Source: the human T2T-CHM13v2.0 reference genome, Homo sapiens. From it: a stretch of 64,000 nucleotides of DNA. The notes beneath the pieces are model-generated. The model saw nothing but the letters and a program-made list of their open reading frames with translations. It did no database searches and was not told the DNA's origin. The DNA is taken from assembly GCF_009914755.1 (NCBI RefSeq), contig NC_060937.1; one strand, 5' to 3'. Made by a program: the position numbers and the translations under genes. Each line of letters starts with the position of its first letter. The first letter of the stretch is position 1. Positions 26,946 through 41,200 of this stretch are shown here, one piece after another.

Positions 26946-27262
26946 TACATATAGAGTATACTAAACACTTCTATATTCAAAGTAACTTACAGCATAAAAG
27001 TTCTAAGAGTGATGTGGTTTCAGTGCTCTCAGCATTCTTTTTTTTTTGATACTGGATTAGAGAAAAATGTGTATTTGGATAGACTAGTTATGATGCTTTT
27101 ACAGTCATTTGCCACATAATAAAGTTTCAGTCAATGATAATTCACATTTACTATGGTTGCCCCAAAGATTTTAATGGAGGTAAAAAATTCCTATTGCATC
27201 GTGATGTCTTGATGATCCTGACCTTCTGTAGGCCTAAGCTAATGTGTATGTTTATGTCTTAC

Positions 27263-27520
27263 TTTTTTTTTTTGAGACAGTCTCGCTCTTTCGCCCAGGC
27301 TGGAGTGCAGTGGTGCGATCAGCTCACTGCAAGCTCCGCCTCCTGGATTCACACCATTCTCCTGCCTCAGCCTCCAGAGTAGATCGGGACTACAGGCGCC
27401 CGCCACCACGGCCTGCTAATTTTTTTGTATTTTTAGTAGAGACGGGGTTTCACCGTGTTAGCCAGGATGGTCTGGATCTCCTGACCTAGTGATCCGCCTG
27501 CCTCGGCCTCCCAAAGTGCT
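27263..27520 (-). mobile_element. AluY, 5'-truncated
   Basis: gcaagctccgcc, caccgtgttagccaggatgg; TSD tcttactttt. Confidence 0.95.
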
Positions 27521-27581
27521 ATCTCTTACTTTTTAACAAAAAAAGTTTTAAAAGTTAATTAAAAAAAAAAAAAAAAATAGA

Positions 27582-27841
27582 GGCCGGGAGCGGTGGCTCA
27601 CGCCTGTAATCCCAGCACTTTGGGAGGCCCAGGCGGGCAGATCATGAGGTCAGGAGATCCAGACCATCCTGGCTAACACGGTGAAAACCCGTCTCTACTA
27701 AAAATACAAAAACAAAATCAGCTGGGCGTGGTGGAGGGTGAACCTAGGAGGCGGAGCTTGCAGTGAGCCGAGATCGCGCCCCTGAACTCCAGCCTGGGCG
27801 ACAGAGCAAGACTCCATCTCAAAAAAAAAAAAAAAAAAAAA
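27582..27841 (+). mobile_element. AluY with ~45 bp internal deletion in right arm
   Basis: ggctaacacgg; ggcgtggtggagg joined directly to gtgaacc. Confidence 0.95.
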
Positions 27842-28477
27842 GAAAAACCTTATAGAATAAAGATAATGAAGATAGAAAATATGTTGTGTATAACTGTACA
27901 ATGTGTTTCTGTTTTAAGCTAAGTGTTATTTAAAAATAGAAAAAAGCTTATAAAGCAAAAAGTTACAGTAAGTTGTGATTAATTTCTTAATAAAATATTT
28001 TTAATAAACTTAGTGCAGTCTACATATACAGTATCTGCAGTAGTGTACCATAATATCCTAGGCCTTGACATTTACTCACCACTCACTCACTCAACCAGAG
28101 CAATTTCCAGCATGGCAAACTCCATTCGTGGTAAGTGACCCATACAGGTGTCCCATTTTTCATCTTTTATACCATATTCTTATTGTGCCTTTTCTACATT
28201 TAGGTATGTTTATATACACAAATATTTGCCATTGTGTTACAATTGCTGACAACATTAAGTACAGTAACAAGCTGTACAGGTTTTTAGCCTAGGAGCAATA
28301 GGTTATACCATATAGCCGAGGTGTGAAGTAAGCTATACCATCTATGTTTGTGTAAATACACAGTATGATATTTACACGAGAAGAAATTGCCTAATGACAC
28401 ATTTCTCAGAATGTATCCCTGTTCTTAAGTAATACGTAACTATGCAAGAATCCAGAGAAAGATTATGTTAAATTGAA

Positions 28478-28555
28478 CTGGATTAAAATAGTTTAAATTA
28501 GATTTTTTTAAAAATCTGACTAGATTGAAATAGTTTAAAGTAGGTAAAAAATCTG
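28478..28555 (+). repeat. Imperfect ~40 bp tandem duplication
   Basis: actggattaaaatagtttaaattag..aaaaatctg / actagattgaaatagtttaaagtag..aaaaatctg. Confidence 0.75.
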
Positions 28556-28754
28556 TATGTTCTTAACTTTTTCTGTGAAGTGCCTCATAGTAAATATTTT
28601 AGACTAGACTATCTCTGTTACCTCTGATGTTATAGCATGGAAGCCTCATAGATAATCTATAAACAAATGAGTATTGTTCTTCGAACAAAACTGTATTTAC
28701 AAAAGCAGGCAGTGGACCACATTTGGCCCATAAGGTATAGATTGTCAATACCTG
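28556..28754 (+). mobile_element. MER58A (hAT-Charlie)
   Basis: atagtaaatattttag, tatttacaaaagcaggcagtggaccacatttggccc. Confidence 0.75.
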
Positions 28755-29569
28755 TTCTAATAAACAAACAAAACATATTTCAGGCTTTTTTAAAGGATAT
28801 TAATGTAAAGTTTTAAAGCTGGCTTAACCCGTTTATTTTTACATTTCTTTTATGAGGAGGGGACATATTTTAAAAATCTAATTCTAATGTAAATAATTAT
28901 TTAAAAATGATTATAATTATTTATTCATAGTGTGAAATAACATGTGACAACTTTAAAACTTTCTTCAAATGTCTTAATGCGTATAAATATGTTATATAAA
29001 AATATGGAGCAAAATACAAAAAGTACAAATTTAAGCTTATAGAAAATTCTTTAAACGCTTGCACAGTGCAAAGCTAGCCTGTCATCATTTCTGCACATTC
29101 TTTAACTTTTATTACTAGACTTTATTATATCCATTCTCATGGAATTGTAGAAGTGGAAACTGGTATGGATGCTAAATTCAATGAGCCATTAAATAGGTGA
29201 CAATAATCATGATATTTTCTCTTAATATTAATTAGAATAAAGTCACTCATTTTGAAATTATCACCTATGTTGCCCAAAGAGAATACTTTCATAAAATCTA
29301 AATTACAACCAGGAAGAAAAAAGACATTTTTATTAATTAACAACCACATTGAGTAATTGAATAGCTGAATGAAATTTTGGGATAGCATTAAATATTTCTC
29401 TTAATTATTTGCTTTTTAGATATAAGACATAAAGACAGAAATTTCGTTATTGTCGATTCCTTTTCTTTTTAGGGTAAATAATGTGTCATGATTTCAGTGA
29501 AACTTTTGAAAAATTTTAAACACCCCAAGTTTCCATTTAATCAGACAATAATTTTAAAATAATAGCTAA

Positions 29570-29755
29570 TATTTTAAAGGCACTTATTTTCTTCCAATTA
29601 AATTGTAAGCAACAATTTAAGATGGGTACTATCAATACATCTCTTTTACTAGTGACAGAACTGAGGCCCAGGGACTTTAGATGACTTAATCATAGTCCAG
29701 CGATGAGAAAGCTGGAGAGTCCCAGACAGTTTGTGCTTAGTCAGTGCTTCTTATA
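29570..29755 (-). mobile_element. MIR
   Basis: Core motif ttttac...gaactgaggcccag...gatgactt. Confidence 0.6.
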
Positions 29756-29929
29756 AATGGGCAATTGGAAAATGAGATCTATACACGTAAAACCATTTAT
29801 TCATGACATTTATTTGTTTCTGTGTCTCACACACATATGCACATATGCATGAACACTCATGCACACTCGTGTGCATCACTGGCATGGATGTACACACAGA
29901 GATGGGCAAACACACTGCAGTGTCCACAG

Positions 29930-30060
29930 AGCTTTGATGAACTGGTTCTAGACTTTGTTCTATCATTAGCTGAAATAATTTTGGAAACTGACAATCTCAT
30001 TTGCATCATCTGTGAAACGGGGGTGGGAGATTAAGTAGTATAAATGATCTTTAAGAACTT
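29930..30060 (+). mobile_element. MIR/MIR3 fragment
   Basis: ctcatttgcatcatctgtgaaacgggg core. Confidence 0.5.
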
Positions 30061-32809
30061 TGTTTTTGTAGTTGATTTTGTTTTAACTTTCTAAATTATG
30101 GTTTATCAGGGTAGAGTACATTGGTGATTCATAATAATAACCAATTTCAATCCAAATCATAGGGTCAGATATTGTTACATTTTACCATTTTTTTCTTTCT
30201 TTTATATGTAAATGTGCAAACTTAATGGCCCCAGCTGTGTCATTTTCTCTCATCTGAACACTTTGTGCCTTTTACAGGTTTAGTGTCAGAGCTAAGCACC
30301 TATTTTATGACTAAGGATAAGTATTTTAGACAACCTAAATGGGGGAAAAAAAGAACTTACCCTAAAATGATAAATAAGAGGTTTCTATGGTCTGAAAATT
30401 CCGTGTCTTGATTATATGATCTTTCTCTTTCTGATTTCTAATGGGTGCATTTGGGAAGGGAGCCACTTCCACTGCTCCATTTAAAAAAATATTCCTAGAC
30501 ATTGTAAGTTGACAGTTTTATTGCTCTATCTGCTCTATCAGTTTCTCTATCTACCTACCAGAAGGTCCCAAATGAAAATACATTCTGCAGATATTCATGG
30601 ACCAGCCACTAAACAAGTTCAGGTGTAAAAATCAATATGGGTTCAACTATGGAAAAATAATTGGCTTTTGCTGCCTCACGGACCTTTCTACTGAATACAT
30701 CAGACTTAAACAGAGCTCCGCCATTCTGGGGCTTATTACAAGTGAATATAAGTTTTTCTTGTGCTCTGACAATTATCAGGCTTGAGTTATAACAAATATA
30801 CTTTACTACTTTTTTTGTGGACTTTGATCAGTGGTAGTATTCTAGCTGCCTCATTATAGAAAATAATATAATGTTGTTGCCAGAAGCAAACACAATTTGT
30901 CAATTACTTTTGTTATTATTTCCTATGGAAAATAACTTCTGGTAACTGTGGACTGATGTAAAAACCACACACCATGTCCAAGTTGCTTGGGAAATAAAAC
31001 ATGTCAGTACACTATATTCGATGACTGTTTAAAAAATAATAAATAAGCCGAATTGTTCTGCAGTGACATGATATATGGGAATGGTTTCAAAAAAGCATAA
31101 CGTATTACTTCATATCATTCACATTGATACAATAAATTAAGGATCATATATTAAAGCTTTTAAAAAATATCTCTTGCTCTGGTAGTAGCTGACATTTAGC
31201 TAATTTACAAAGATAAATCATAGTTAAGATATCTGCTCTTTTATGGTTTAAGTCTTGAAGCTAATAGACAAAAATTAAAACTGTAAAATAAATAACAATT
31301 TGTTTCTGACTTTCAGTTATACATTTCGAAGTTGAAACTTTTTTTATATTCAGAATGACCAGAAATGTTTTAAAGTATTATTTTATAGGATGTTTAAAAA
31401 CATATAAAATATAAATTAATTCATTAAGAGAAACGTAAAAATGACAGCAGACAAACTGTGATTACTTTTCTGAATATATTTCTTTCAGCAGTGTTCTGTC
31501 TTTCTCAGATTTTAATGTATGTATCTTTCTTTTTACAATTGGAAACAAGCAGAACATGTAGCTTAAAGTTTTAAGAGTTGGGAAGTAATAGTTTCTCATC
31601 TGAATACTTGCCTTGTGACATGATTCTAATTCTTAACTCCATGTTTTCAACTTCAAATCTTTAAAATAGAATTACTTTCAATTTTTCAAGAAAATGTAAA
31701 AAAATAATTTGTAAAGATAGACTCATTTATCTGCTTATTTGCTAAAAATTAAATTAGAAAAATGCTACGTTAAATCTATAAAATTCCTTTCTTTAGAAAT
31801 TAATTTTCCTATTTCTTGAACAGTTTATTGTCTCTACTTTTTGTTATTCCTTAATAAACTAAAACAATATTTAAAAATCAAAATAAATGTAATCTAAATG
31901 GGCATACCTATTTAAGAACTATGATTTCTTGCAAACTTAATAGATTTTAAGTAGCTCATCATCAAATATAACTAAAAATGAGTGATTTGTTAAAATGGAA
32001 ATCATTGTCAAATGTAATTAGAATGTATTATATATGCTAGTATTGCATGTAAATAGTTGATTAGAAAACAATGGAATCTCTAGGGCATGGTCATGTAATC
32101 AAACACCAGAAAATGTTTTCAGTACATTGTTGGGCCTGAAATGTCTCACTGTATCAGTAAAGAGACTATTTTCATTAGACTCAAAGAGTAGCATCAAAAA
32201 TAAATACTACTTTTGTATAATAGATAAAGCAATAAGACCATAGAGACTTAAAATATAAGTACATTATTTTGACATTTAGTTGGCATTTATTACCTGTAAG
32301 AGTGATGGTATCAAAAACCTAAATATTTTGTGAATAAATCATATTTATCTATCTAGTGATTCTGGCATAAATGAAGATGATACTTTGTCTTTGCTAAATA
32401 TTATTAAATATAATTTTTTAAATAAAATTTTCAGTTTCCCCATTGATTGTAACAATGGGCATATTTTTCTTCCAAAACTAATGAAATTCTCATATGTTCT
32501 TACACACTTTGAGGCTTCTTAGCTATTTTAGATTTCTCTGCATTGTGGATAAGTGTAGCATTATCATAAGTATCAGGGGAGAAAAAGTATTGGTTTTTTA
32601 GTGAAAATTCTGATGCATAGGTAACAATGGGTCACACCAATTATATGACTATCAATGTGCTCATTTCTTGACATCACCAAATTATTACATATATGCCTAA
32701 TTATTTATATGAGTTTATGTACATTAATGCATAGTTACAGGTTTCTTGTTCTCTAGTACTCTATTCTGAACAAATTTATCCCCATAATCACTAAGTACTT
32801 CAAGTTATC

Positions 32810-32990
32810 AATCTCTTTGTCATTCATATGTCATATAATCCTAACAACAATCTTGTAAGTGATATTTTTCTCATGCAGAAACTGAGACCCAGTGAAGTTC
32901 AGCTAGTAGACAAAGGTCACAGTTAAGAAAGTGTGGAGATTGAACTAAAACTTAGGCCTTCTGGCTTCTAATTTAGTTCTATCTTTATAG
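32810..32990 (-). mobile_element. MIR
   Basis: aatcctaacaacaatc, gaaactgagacccag, aaggtcacag. Confidence 0.65.
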
Positions 32991-34819
32991 TTACATTACT
33001 TCTACCTGTAGAGTTTTTTTCGCCTCTTTAACAACAGTACCAGTGCCCTTTCTAACTCTCACTTGCATTAAGTAACAGAGACTCTCTCCACAACTCATTA
33101 TCGTCATCCTCACATACTTATTTCCAATAGGTTTTATTCACTTTATGAACCAGGTCAGCATCTCTCTATTTATAAAATCTCTAGGGACTTGTTAATGCTT
33201 ACCTCACATCTATTTATTTTGTACTCCATCCACCTCATCCAGCATCCAGTAGCGCTTGTCTTCTTGGTAGTGTCAAAAAACCTTCTAGCCTACAGCATCC
33301 TCTATTAAAAAAAGCACTCTTCTACCTCTGTAACTCATCAGTGACCTAATATGTTGTGCACCTCTACAACTACATTGAAGTTTCTTGTTAATGATATATG
33401 TATACATAGATAAATATAGATGTGTATATATATGTATATATATAATATACACATATGACATGTATACACTATTTTGGAGGAGTTTATTTTATTGTTGTGA
33501 AACAAAATTATAGTATTTTGAAACAATTTATTATGTTGTAATTGTGGTATAAAGAAAGATGCTGTAAAAAATGTGAGCTGCAAAATATGTAACTCCACAC
33601 AACTAGATGTTATATTTTAAAATGGAATAAGTTATGTAGACCCCTTTTTCATTTTTTAAATAAGGCCCTTATGTTTGCATGATCACCTATATTTGTTGCT
33701 CTGAGTTTCAGCCCAACAGGACCTTACATGGTTTAATGAATTCTGTACTAAAAAATAGAGTCTGCTATCCAGTGTTGACTAATATGAAATCTTCATGAAA
33801 TTGTATCTGCTGAAAAAGAACAGATAAGACAGGTTGTCTGAAATTATACCTGGAACAGGTACATGATAGGTTTTTTAATGTGATAAGGAGGGCAATATCA
33901 TTTCAGACCAATGACACTAAGTCTGGGAAGCTGTAAAGCAATGAATCCAATCTCTTGCTATCAAAATAAGATCTATGAAAGAAAATTAATAAGTAAATGT
34001 CTTCCTTTCATCATGACGGCATTTGGGAGTTTTAGCGCTCTGTAGCCCATTAGTCAGTTTAGTTAATGACTCTGCTTATCCTCTTAATCATGTGTAGCAC
34101 ATTGACTGAGCTTCATTTAGTTCAAAGTGCCTTTCAGAAGCTCTGAACTGAATCCTAGTTGTGGAAAATCTTACCTTTCCAGAGTACAAAACATATTTAG
34201 TTCACATCTCTTATATTTTAGGATGTCTTCAGAAAAATTGAAGTGCTTCTAAGTATAGAAAATGAAAATCAAGATAAGGCCCAAAGAGATCATGGTTTCA
34301 ATTCTTCACTGTTTACACATCCATGGCTTATTTAAGGCTTGAAACATACATTAAATTCACAGCAAATTCTAATAATAAAGAAAGCAAAGGCACTAACAGC
34401 AATTTTAATAGAATATTTTCCCTATTATAATAATTTATATGTCTGCCTGTTTAAGGAAAATACTTTTAACTTCAATAAGATACAGTGCTGATTGAGACAT
34501 TATAATCACATTAATGTTATCATTTAGAAGCTATTAAAATATTGTCCTCCCCTATTAATATGGCAGTGGATTTCTCTTATGTGAAATCAGAAAATTTCAA
34601 GACATTGTAACTAACAAACCTAATATAAGAATAAGAAACCTTATTCATTCATTGTAAAACCCATAAGAGAAATAACAATATAATTTAGTCTTTTCTTCTT
34701 AGGTGAAAATAATTAATGTTGATCAAGGATTTTGAGTACGTAAATTTGGTACCAATAAAGTTTAGGGAAAAAAATCAAGTTGAATTGTACAGAATTGTTT
34801 GATTCGTTAATTTTCTCCT

Positions 34820-35560
34820 TTCTTCCAACCATCATTGTGTTTTTCCTACCCCCAAACTCATGTAATTGCCACATGTTTAATGTGTATTACCTTGTAGAAT
34901 GTATATTGCTGTATATGTTCATTTTAATATATATAAATATTAAGTTATATATATCATTTGGTTTTGTTTTTTACTTAGCATTATAGTTATAAAATTCACC
35001 TACATGTCTAGACCTGATTTATCATTCCCACCTGGAGGATAGAACTTGGAGGATAGAATTTGACGATAGAAAAATATCCTCTACATTTTTCCTATTTAAT
35101 CTAACAGTGATAGATGCCTTTCAACAACCTTACCTCACATCAGTGCTGTGATAAATGTGCTTCTTGTTGTTGTTGTGTGTTCTAAGCAAGACATTTTTTT
35201 AGTTGTATTCAGTAACAACACTGGTAAGCAATAGGATACATGCAGCCAAATTTATTATGTACCAAAGACTCTTCTCCCTGGAGCTGTTGTGCCAGTTTAC
35301 ATGCACATTAGCAGAATATAAGGGATCTCATGTCCCAACATCCTTGGAACACTTGACGTTATCACGCTTTCTGATTTATGCTGATCTAATGGGTAAAAAG
35401 TGATATCTTACTGCTTTTTTAAGTGATATTTTCTGCATACCACATTTTGAGCTTTTCTGCAAATTGTTAGCTTTCTTGGTTTATAATTTCTATAAACATT
35501 TTCCGGTATTGTTATTAATCCTTTATTAATTAGAATTCCTGTCTGTTCTTGTTGATTTAC
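34820..35560 (-). mobile_element. Ancient L1M/ME fragment
   Basis: gtgccagtttacatgcacattagcag, tgatctaatgggtaaaaagtgatatct resemble antisense L1 ORF2 end/3' UTR. Confidence 0.5.
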
Positions 35561-35576
35561 AAGAATTCTTTGAGAT

Positions 35577-35800
35577 CATAGTTTGGCAAACTTTGTTCTG
35601 CACAGGACCAGATAACAAATATTTTAAGCTTCGTGGGCTATATAACCTTTGTCATAAATACTTAACTCTGCCATAGTAGCATGAAAGCAGTCTTAGGCAA
35701 TAAATAAACAAATAAGTGTGACTGTGTTCCAATAAAACTTTATTTACAAAAACAGACCATTGGCCAGATTTGACCCATAGGCCACAGCTTGCTGATACTT
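35577..35800 (+). mobile_element. MER58A
   Basis: ttggcaaactt, gtgttccaataaaactttatttacaaaaacag, ggccagatttgacccataggcc. Confidence 0.88.
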
Positions 35801-37079
35801 AATGCTCATAAATGATAAAGTCACCAAGAAAAATATCAGGAATGGTGATGAAAAAAAGATAGTTTGATAGGCACAAATGTCATTAGAAAATGACAGAAGA
35901 ATTAGAAGTTTAATAGTGGAGTTATGAAAGGTAAAATTATAAATTTGATAGAAGTAAGTTTAAGAGAACATTTTTGCTATCCAACCCACAAGTCAATACG
36001 CAAACAAAGAAACCAGCCAACAAGTAAAAAAAGCTATTTAAATTTTCTGTTCAAAGAACACGATAGAGAAATTAAAACATCAAACATTAAATGGCAAAAG
36101 AGAATTATAATAAACAACAAATGAGACTGATATCTAAAACTACAGCTATTTGATATTCTCTTAAGTGTAATTGCTCAAGAACAAAGAAGGACCAAAAAAA
36201 CGAAAAGAAGAGGAAGAGATAATTCATGTCTCTGAAAAATTTAAGGCATTTGCTTCTAGAAAGCGAAGATTTGCACAATTATAAGGGGTAAGCCTCTGAT
36301 GAATTTCTAAGTAAAGAATAGAAATTTAACTGTGTTTAATTCTAACAAGTTGAGTTTATGAAAGGCCATGATTTAACATGCCTGAAAGCATAGAATTTCA
36401 CTATGATATGATCAAAATGAAGCTGAAATAACATAGAAAAGTGGAGATAACATACATTTAATTTTATGTTTTATTTATTTAGACATTTACTCTTTATTTT
36501 AATAAATGTCTACTTATAAATATATTTTATTTTGTTTCTTACACAAGTACATTAGTGTGTATATGTGTGTGTGTGTAAAATATACACATTTTTATATGTT
36601 AAGAAAAAAGACAATTATTAAGAAATCAGAGTTCTAGATAAGCAGGAACTGCAACAGGTGTGTTCCAAAATAATATATTAGTTACAAATCCCAAAGACAA
36701 AGGCTAACAGTGCTGTCATAATCCCTTGAAATAAAATTCCTAGGCCACTGGGCTATTTTTACAGAGATATTCTTAAGATATACATAAGTTTTCATGATAA
36801 CAATATGCTAAGTGAATATATTACAATGACAGAACCTTAAGTTAGGTAATTCTGGCCTCACAAAACTCAAATAATATGTCTTTTCTGGGAACTCTACCAC
36901 AAATAAAAAACTTAAAATCTATATGAAATTCAAATACTTAAAATTTTCATGATAAAACAAATGCAATGTTTTTATTAAAGAAAACTAAAGTCATGTTTAA
37001 TTAATCCTCCATTGCAAAAGTACCATAAGCAGACTAAGAATCATAAAAAACAACATCCTCAGCCAATATGAGGCTATTC

Positions 37080-37215
37080 TTTCTCTCTTTTTATTTTCCT
37101 TTCTTCCTCTTCCTCTCCCTCCTCCTCTCCTTCCTCCTCTCCCACCATCTCCCTCTGCTCTTGCTTTCCCTTTTCCTCTCTTCTCCTCCCTTCCTCCCTG
37201 CCGTCCTTTCTCCAT
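37080..37215. repeat. Polypyrimidine (CT-rich) low-complexity tract
   Basis: ~130 bp almost purely C/T. Confidence 0.9.
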
Positions 37216-37620
37216 TTTGCTTTTAGGTTTGGTTTAAATATTGAAAACTTAGCAAAATACAAATGTTTTATCTGGTAAATTTCCTTAAAACATAGAAGGT
37301 AACCATGACAAATATAAAAATAAACTTTAAGAAGAAAAACTGATGAAGAAAGATATTTAAATCTATATAATAAGACTTTGACTGTATTTGTACTTTTTAA
37401 AAATTATGCAGATTTTGTACATTTCTTATGCACATAAAAATCATATATATAATTTGTGATTTTTATATTTTATAAGCAGTTAAGTAAGTTTTCCATCCTC
37501 TTTAAATGCTTGTGGGAATCTGGTTAAGTTCATAAGATTTCATATGCTCTTTGGGTAGTTACTGTGGCTATTTGGGGAAGCGTTAATATCTGAATTAATG
37601 TTAAAGAAGTAACTTGTGAG

Positions 37621-37938
<318 letters not shown>

Positions 37939-38059
37939 TTAAGTTGGCATTTAAACATGAACAGTATCAAGTATCTGTCTCTGAATTAGGAAAATGTTAC
38001 TAAATTTTTAAAAAGTATAAAATGCTCCAAAATTTTAATTTCAGGCGTCCTAGTCTTTG

Positions 38060-39490
38060 TCCATCTCTGCTCTTTTTAGCTAACGTATTCTAGTAATTCC
38101 ATTGCAATAATTGTTTACCCCCTTTGGGAGTCCTAGCCAGTTCTTACTACCAGTTTTTCTTTATCTGTAACCCTCATGTCCTCTAGCTCTTTCTTCTCGT
38201 GCTTTGACCGTTAAACTTCATTCCACCTGTGTAGTCACAGGAGCAGCCGAACATGACTAGAGCAGAATGCATTCTGCACTGAGTTAGTGCAGTTTAAATA
38301 TATGACACATTTCATGTTTCCTAAGCTGATTACACTTCAATATGTTTCCCGAGTCAATTTAATCTCTCAATTTCAAAAATAGAAATTCTGTATTATTTTG
38401 TCATGGTAAATATTTCTATACCTGTTCTGCCTCCTCATGCTACTGAGATTCTTGAATCTGTGCTTTAGAGAAGCATTTGAGGTCTGTGGAGAAAATTCAG
38501 GTTTTCATAAACTTGAATGGGAAAATAAAATGAAATATTTTGACTAATATATAAGTGAAATTTAACCTTTTCTTCAACTAAGAATGTAGCAATAACCCTT
38601 GATGCCTTAACTGTGTCTTTGAACTTTATAGAAAATGCATATATTTAATAGCACATTAGAATTGTTGCCAAAGTTGAAATATGTCGTATCTTCATCACTG
38701 CTTCAAAGTGATAATAGATTTAAAATCTGCCATTGAATCCTGTAATTGAATATATTAATAAAAATGCACATTTATTGTTATGTCAAAACTAGTTTCTATT
38801 AAAACTTTGGACACTAATAATTTTTAGTATAATTATAATTTTTCTTATCCTTTATAATATTGTGTATTTCATGCATTTCTAAGAAGTCTACCAGAGAACT
38901 AAAAGATCCCTGACTTACACACACATGAAATAAAGATATACTGACAATAATCTGACTTCTTACTTCATAGAAGATGAAGAAGAGAGTTACTTCATCTTCA
39001 CCCTGCAAAATCCATTCATCTTTGATCCATCTATTTTATCTAGCATTCTTATTTTCTGGTTTATTTCCAGTTTAAATGAAATCTGTAAACCAGCTACTAA
39101 GGCCAGACATTCCACTTATGCATAGGAATTATTTTCTCTTTATCTACTCAATAAATTTGTTCTTGTGTGGCTATCTTCTCTCTCCTGCATCATCAATTTT
39201 TCCTTTCTTACTTGCTGACTGAAATACATTAACAGTAAAAGGATCTCTAATGTCTATTACATTTGAATTGCATAAATTTTTCAGTGGCCCCTATAATGTT
39301 CTTATTCCCTTTATTTTTTTACAAGGCTCTTGCTTACAGATGTTATATAGTTTTTTGCTTATAACCTGTGTTCTTCACTGGAATAGGATCCTTAAAAGCA
39401 CTTCCTTTGTCTGTTTCTGCCCCCTCACCCCCAACTGCAATCACTTAGCCTAGAATATGGTGGTAACTCAATAAATATGCACTGGATGGA
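38060..39490 (+). mobile_element. L2 fragments flanking a hAT insertion
   Basis: gcagccgaacatgactagag, ctctcctgcatcatcaatttt, terminal tggtaactcaataaatatg. Confidence 0.5.
38445..38935 (+). mobile_element. hAT-Charlie MITE (MER113-like)
   Basis: aacttgaatgggaaaa, tgaaatttaac, tcatcactgcttcaaa collinear with remembered consensus. Confidence 0.55.
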
Positions 39491-39766
39491 AAATTGTCTG
39501 TAAAAGTGAACCTCAAATAGGAAACAACTAAGTCTAATTTTCCATGAATAAGATATATATAGTAATTGTATAGTTGGAACAATGGTAGCATCAGAAAATT
39601 ACTTATTAAAAATCTCTAAGTTTCAGAACACACGTGCAAAAGAGTATCCTATTGTAATGAAAATAGGCCATTTGTTAAATGATAAGATATTACTCTCTAA
39701 AAGGACAGAAATGGAAGAATTGATCATTAATATTGATATTGGAAAACTATGTAGGAATTGGTGAAA

Positions 39767-39940
39767 AGGAGCAGCTTCATGATCATGAGCATGTGGCTTG
39801 TGAAGTCCACAGTCCCTCCCACATTAAAGGGCCCCAGCATTGGTTTAATGCTCTGCTGCTGTAATCTTGAAATTCTTAATACTTTTTGATCAAGGGTTTC
39901 TACGTTCTATTTTTACCCTCAAATTGTGTAGCAAATCCTG
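39767..39940 (+). mobile_element. MER91A (hAT-Tip100)
   Basis: gggccccagcattggtttaatgctctgctg...tcttgaaattcttaata. Confidence 0.8.
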
Positions 39941-41102
39941 CCTGGAAACAGAAACTTAAACATTTGACGTATGCATTCCTTTGTTAGCTAGATAAATTTA
40001 ATACAATAATTGTTCTTACTCCAAATTTCTCTTACACGTGTGCTAGGTGTTAGAGCCCTCTCTCATTTCCAGATTTTACTTTTGTGGTAAGCTTTGGCAG
40101 GATTTTATTTAATGGAACATATTGGCAAATTCGTCAAGCAATAAAAATATTACTTAAAATAGATTAACTGTTTCCTCAGATCTTTTGTATGTTTAGTCAG
40201 AATATTAGTTAGTAATAAAATTAAAATTAGTTTCCGTAAAAATATTTAAAAGTCCAACATTTTAAGCTAGGACTAAACTATTCAAAATGTGAACTTACTG
40301 AACATAAAATTTCCAAGTGAAAATGTTTGTAACAGAGGTAATGTGCCTGCTCATTGAATAGGTTCATTTTATTATACTTATTTTGTGATTTTTGCTTTTA
40401 TTGTGCCTAAAGCTTTTTCAGTCAACCACAAAATTATTGTACTGAAAAAATTATCATAATTTCTAACATGTTTAATATCCATTTTACTTTTAGATGTTAC
40501 TATTTTCATGAACTGTGATATAAAAAGCCTGAGCTGCCTTAGTACCACCATATGTTGCAGGATCAAAAGAACAAAAACAAAAATGTTTAGTAGTCCTTGC
40601 CTTTGAAGAGCTATAAAACTTAAAATACAGCATTATAAAGAGTAGTATGCATACAGACAAAGACTTGCATACAAATAAATTAACCAAGAAAAAAACATTA
40701 CATGGTACAGAGGACTTACACATTTTGTGGAAGAGATATTGAGGGTGTGCCTCTCCTTGGTTTTGATCTTAGTATAAGTCAAAAAAAAAAAAAAAGAAAT
40801 TTTAAAGAAACACTTTTCAGTATTACAGTTTTATGTCCTGGAAATTTGAACTAGTCTGAGTAGTTAGTCAGCTTTTAGTCTTCAGTCTGTCCCTAGGTAG
40901 TTTTATGATTTGAAAGATTTGAACTTCTTTGATGATTTGAACTTTTTTGAGCATTGGGCTTTTTATTTGCAAAATGTGAGTTTTTCATCTTATCTTCTGT
41001 TCATTGAGTCTAAATGTAAGTATCTAAATCCTTATAGATTAAGTAGGATGAAAAAGAAGCCATTTGCAACTGAAGCAATGCAATTTGTGCTCCCATGAAA
41101 AG

Positions 41103-41200
41103 TGTCTTCTCTGTTAAATTTTAATCATTTTACTAATTCCTGTATTATGAAACTATGTCTTTCCTGTTAGATTTTAATCATTTTACTAATTCCTGAATTA
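41103..41200 (+). repeat. 53 bp-period tandem duplication (~2 copies)
   Basis: ctgtta(a/g)attttaatcattttactaattcctg(t/a)atta twice. Confidence 0.9.

Larger units (their letters stand above)
27102..28442 (+). mobile_element. Tigger3 (GOLEM/MER7) non-autonomous DNA transposon carrying two AluYs
   Basis: TA|CAGTCAT start, degenerate TIR at end, gtaggcctaagctaatgtgt, agcctaggagcaatagg, atttctcagaatgtatccc. Confidence 0.85.

Noticed and set aside
35033-35072. ~14 bp unit tggaggatagaa repeated 2-3 times
   Set aside because: Ordinary replication slippage.
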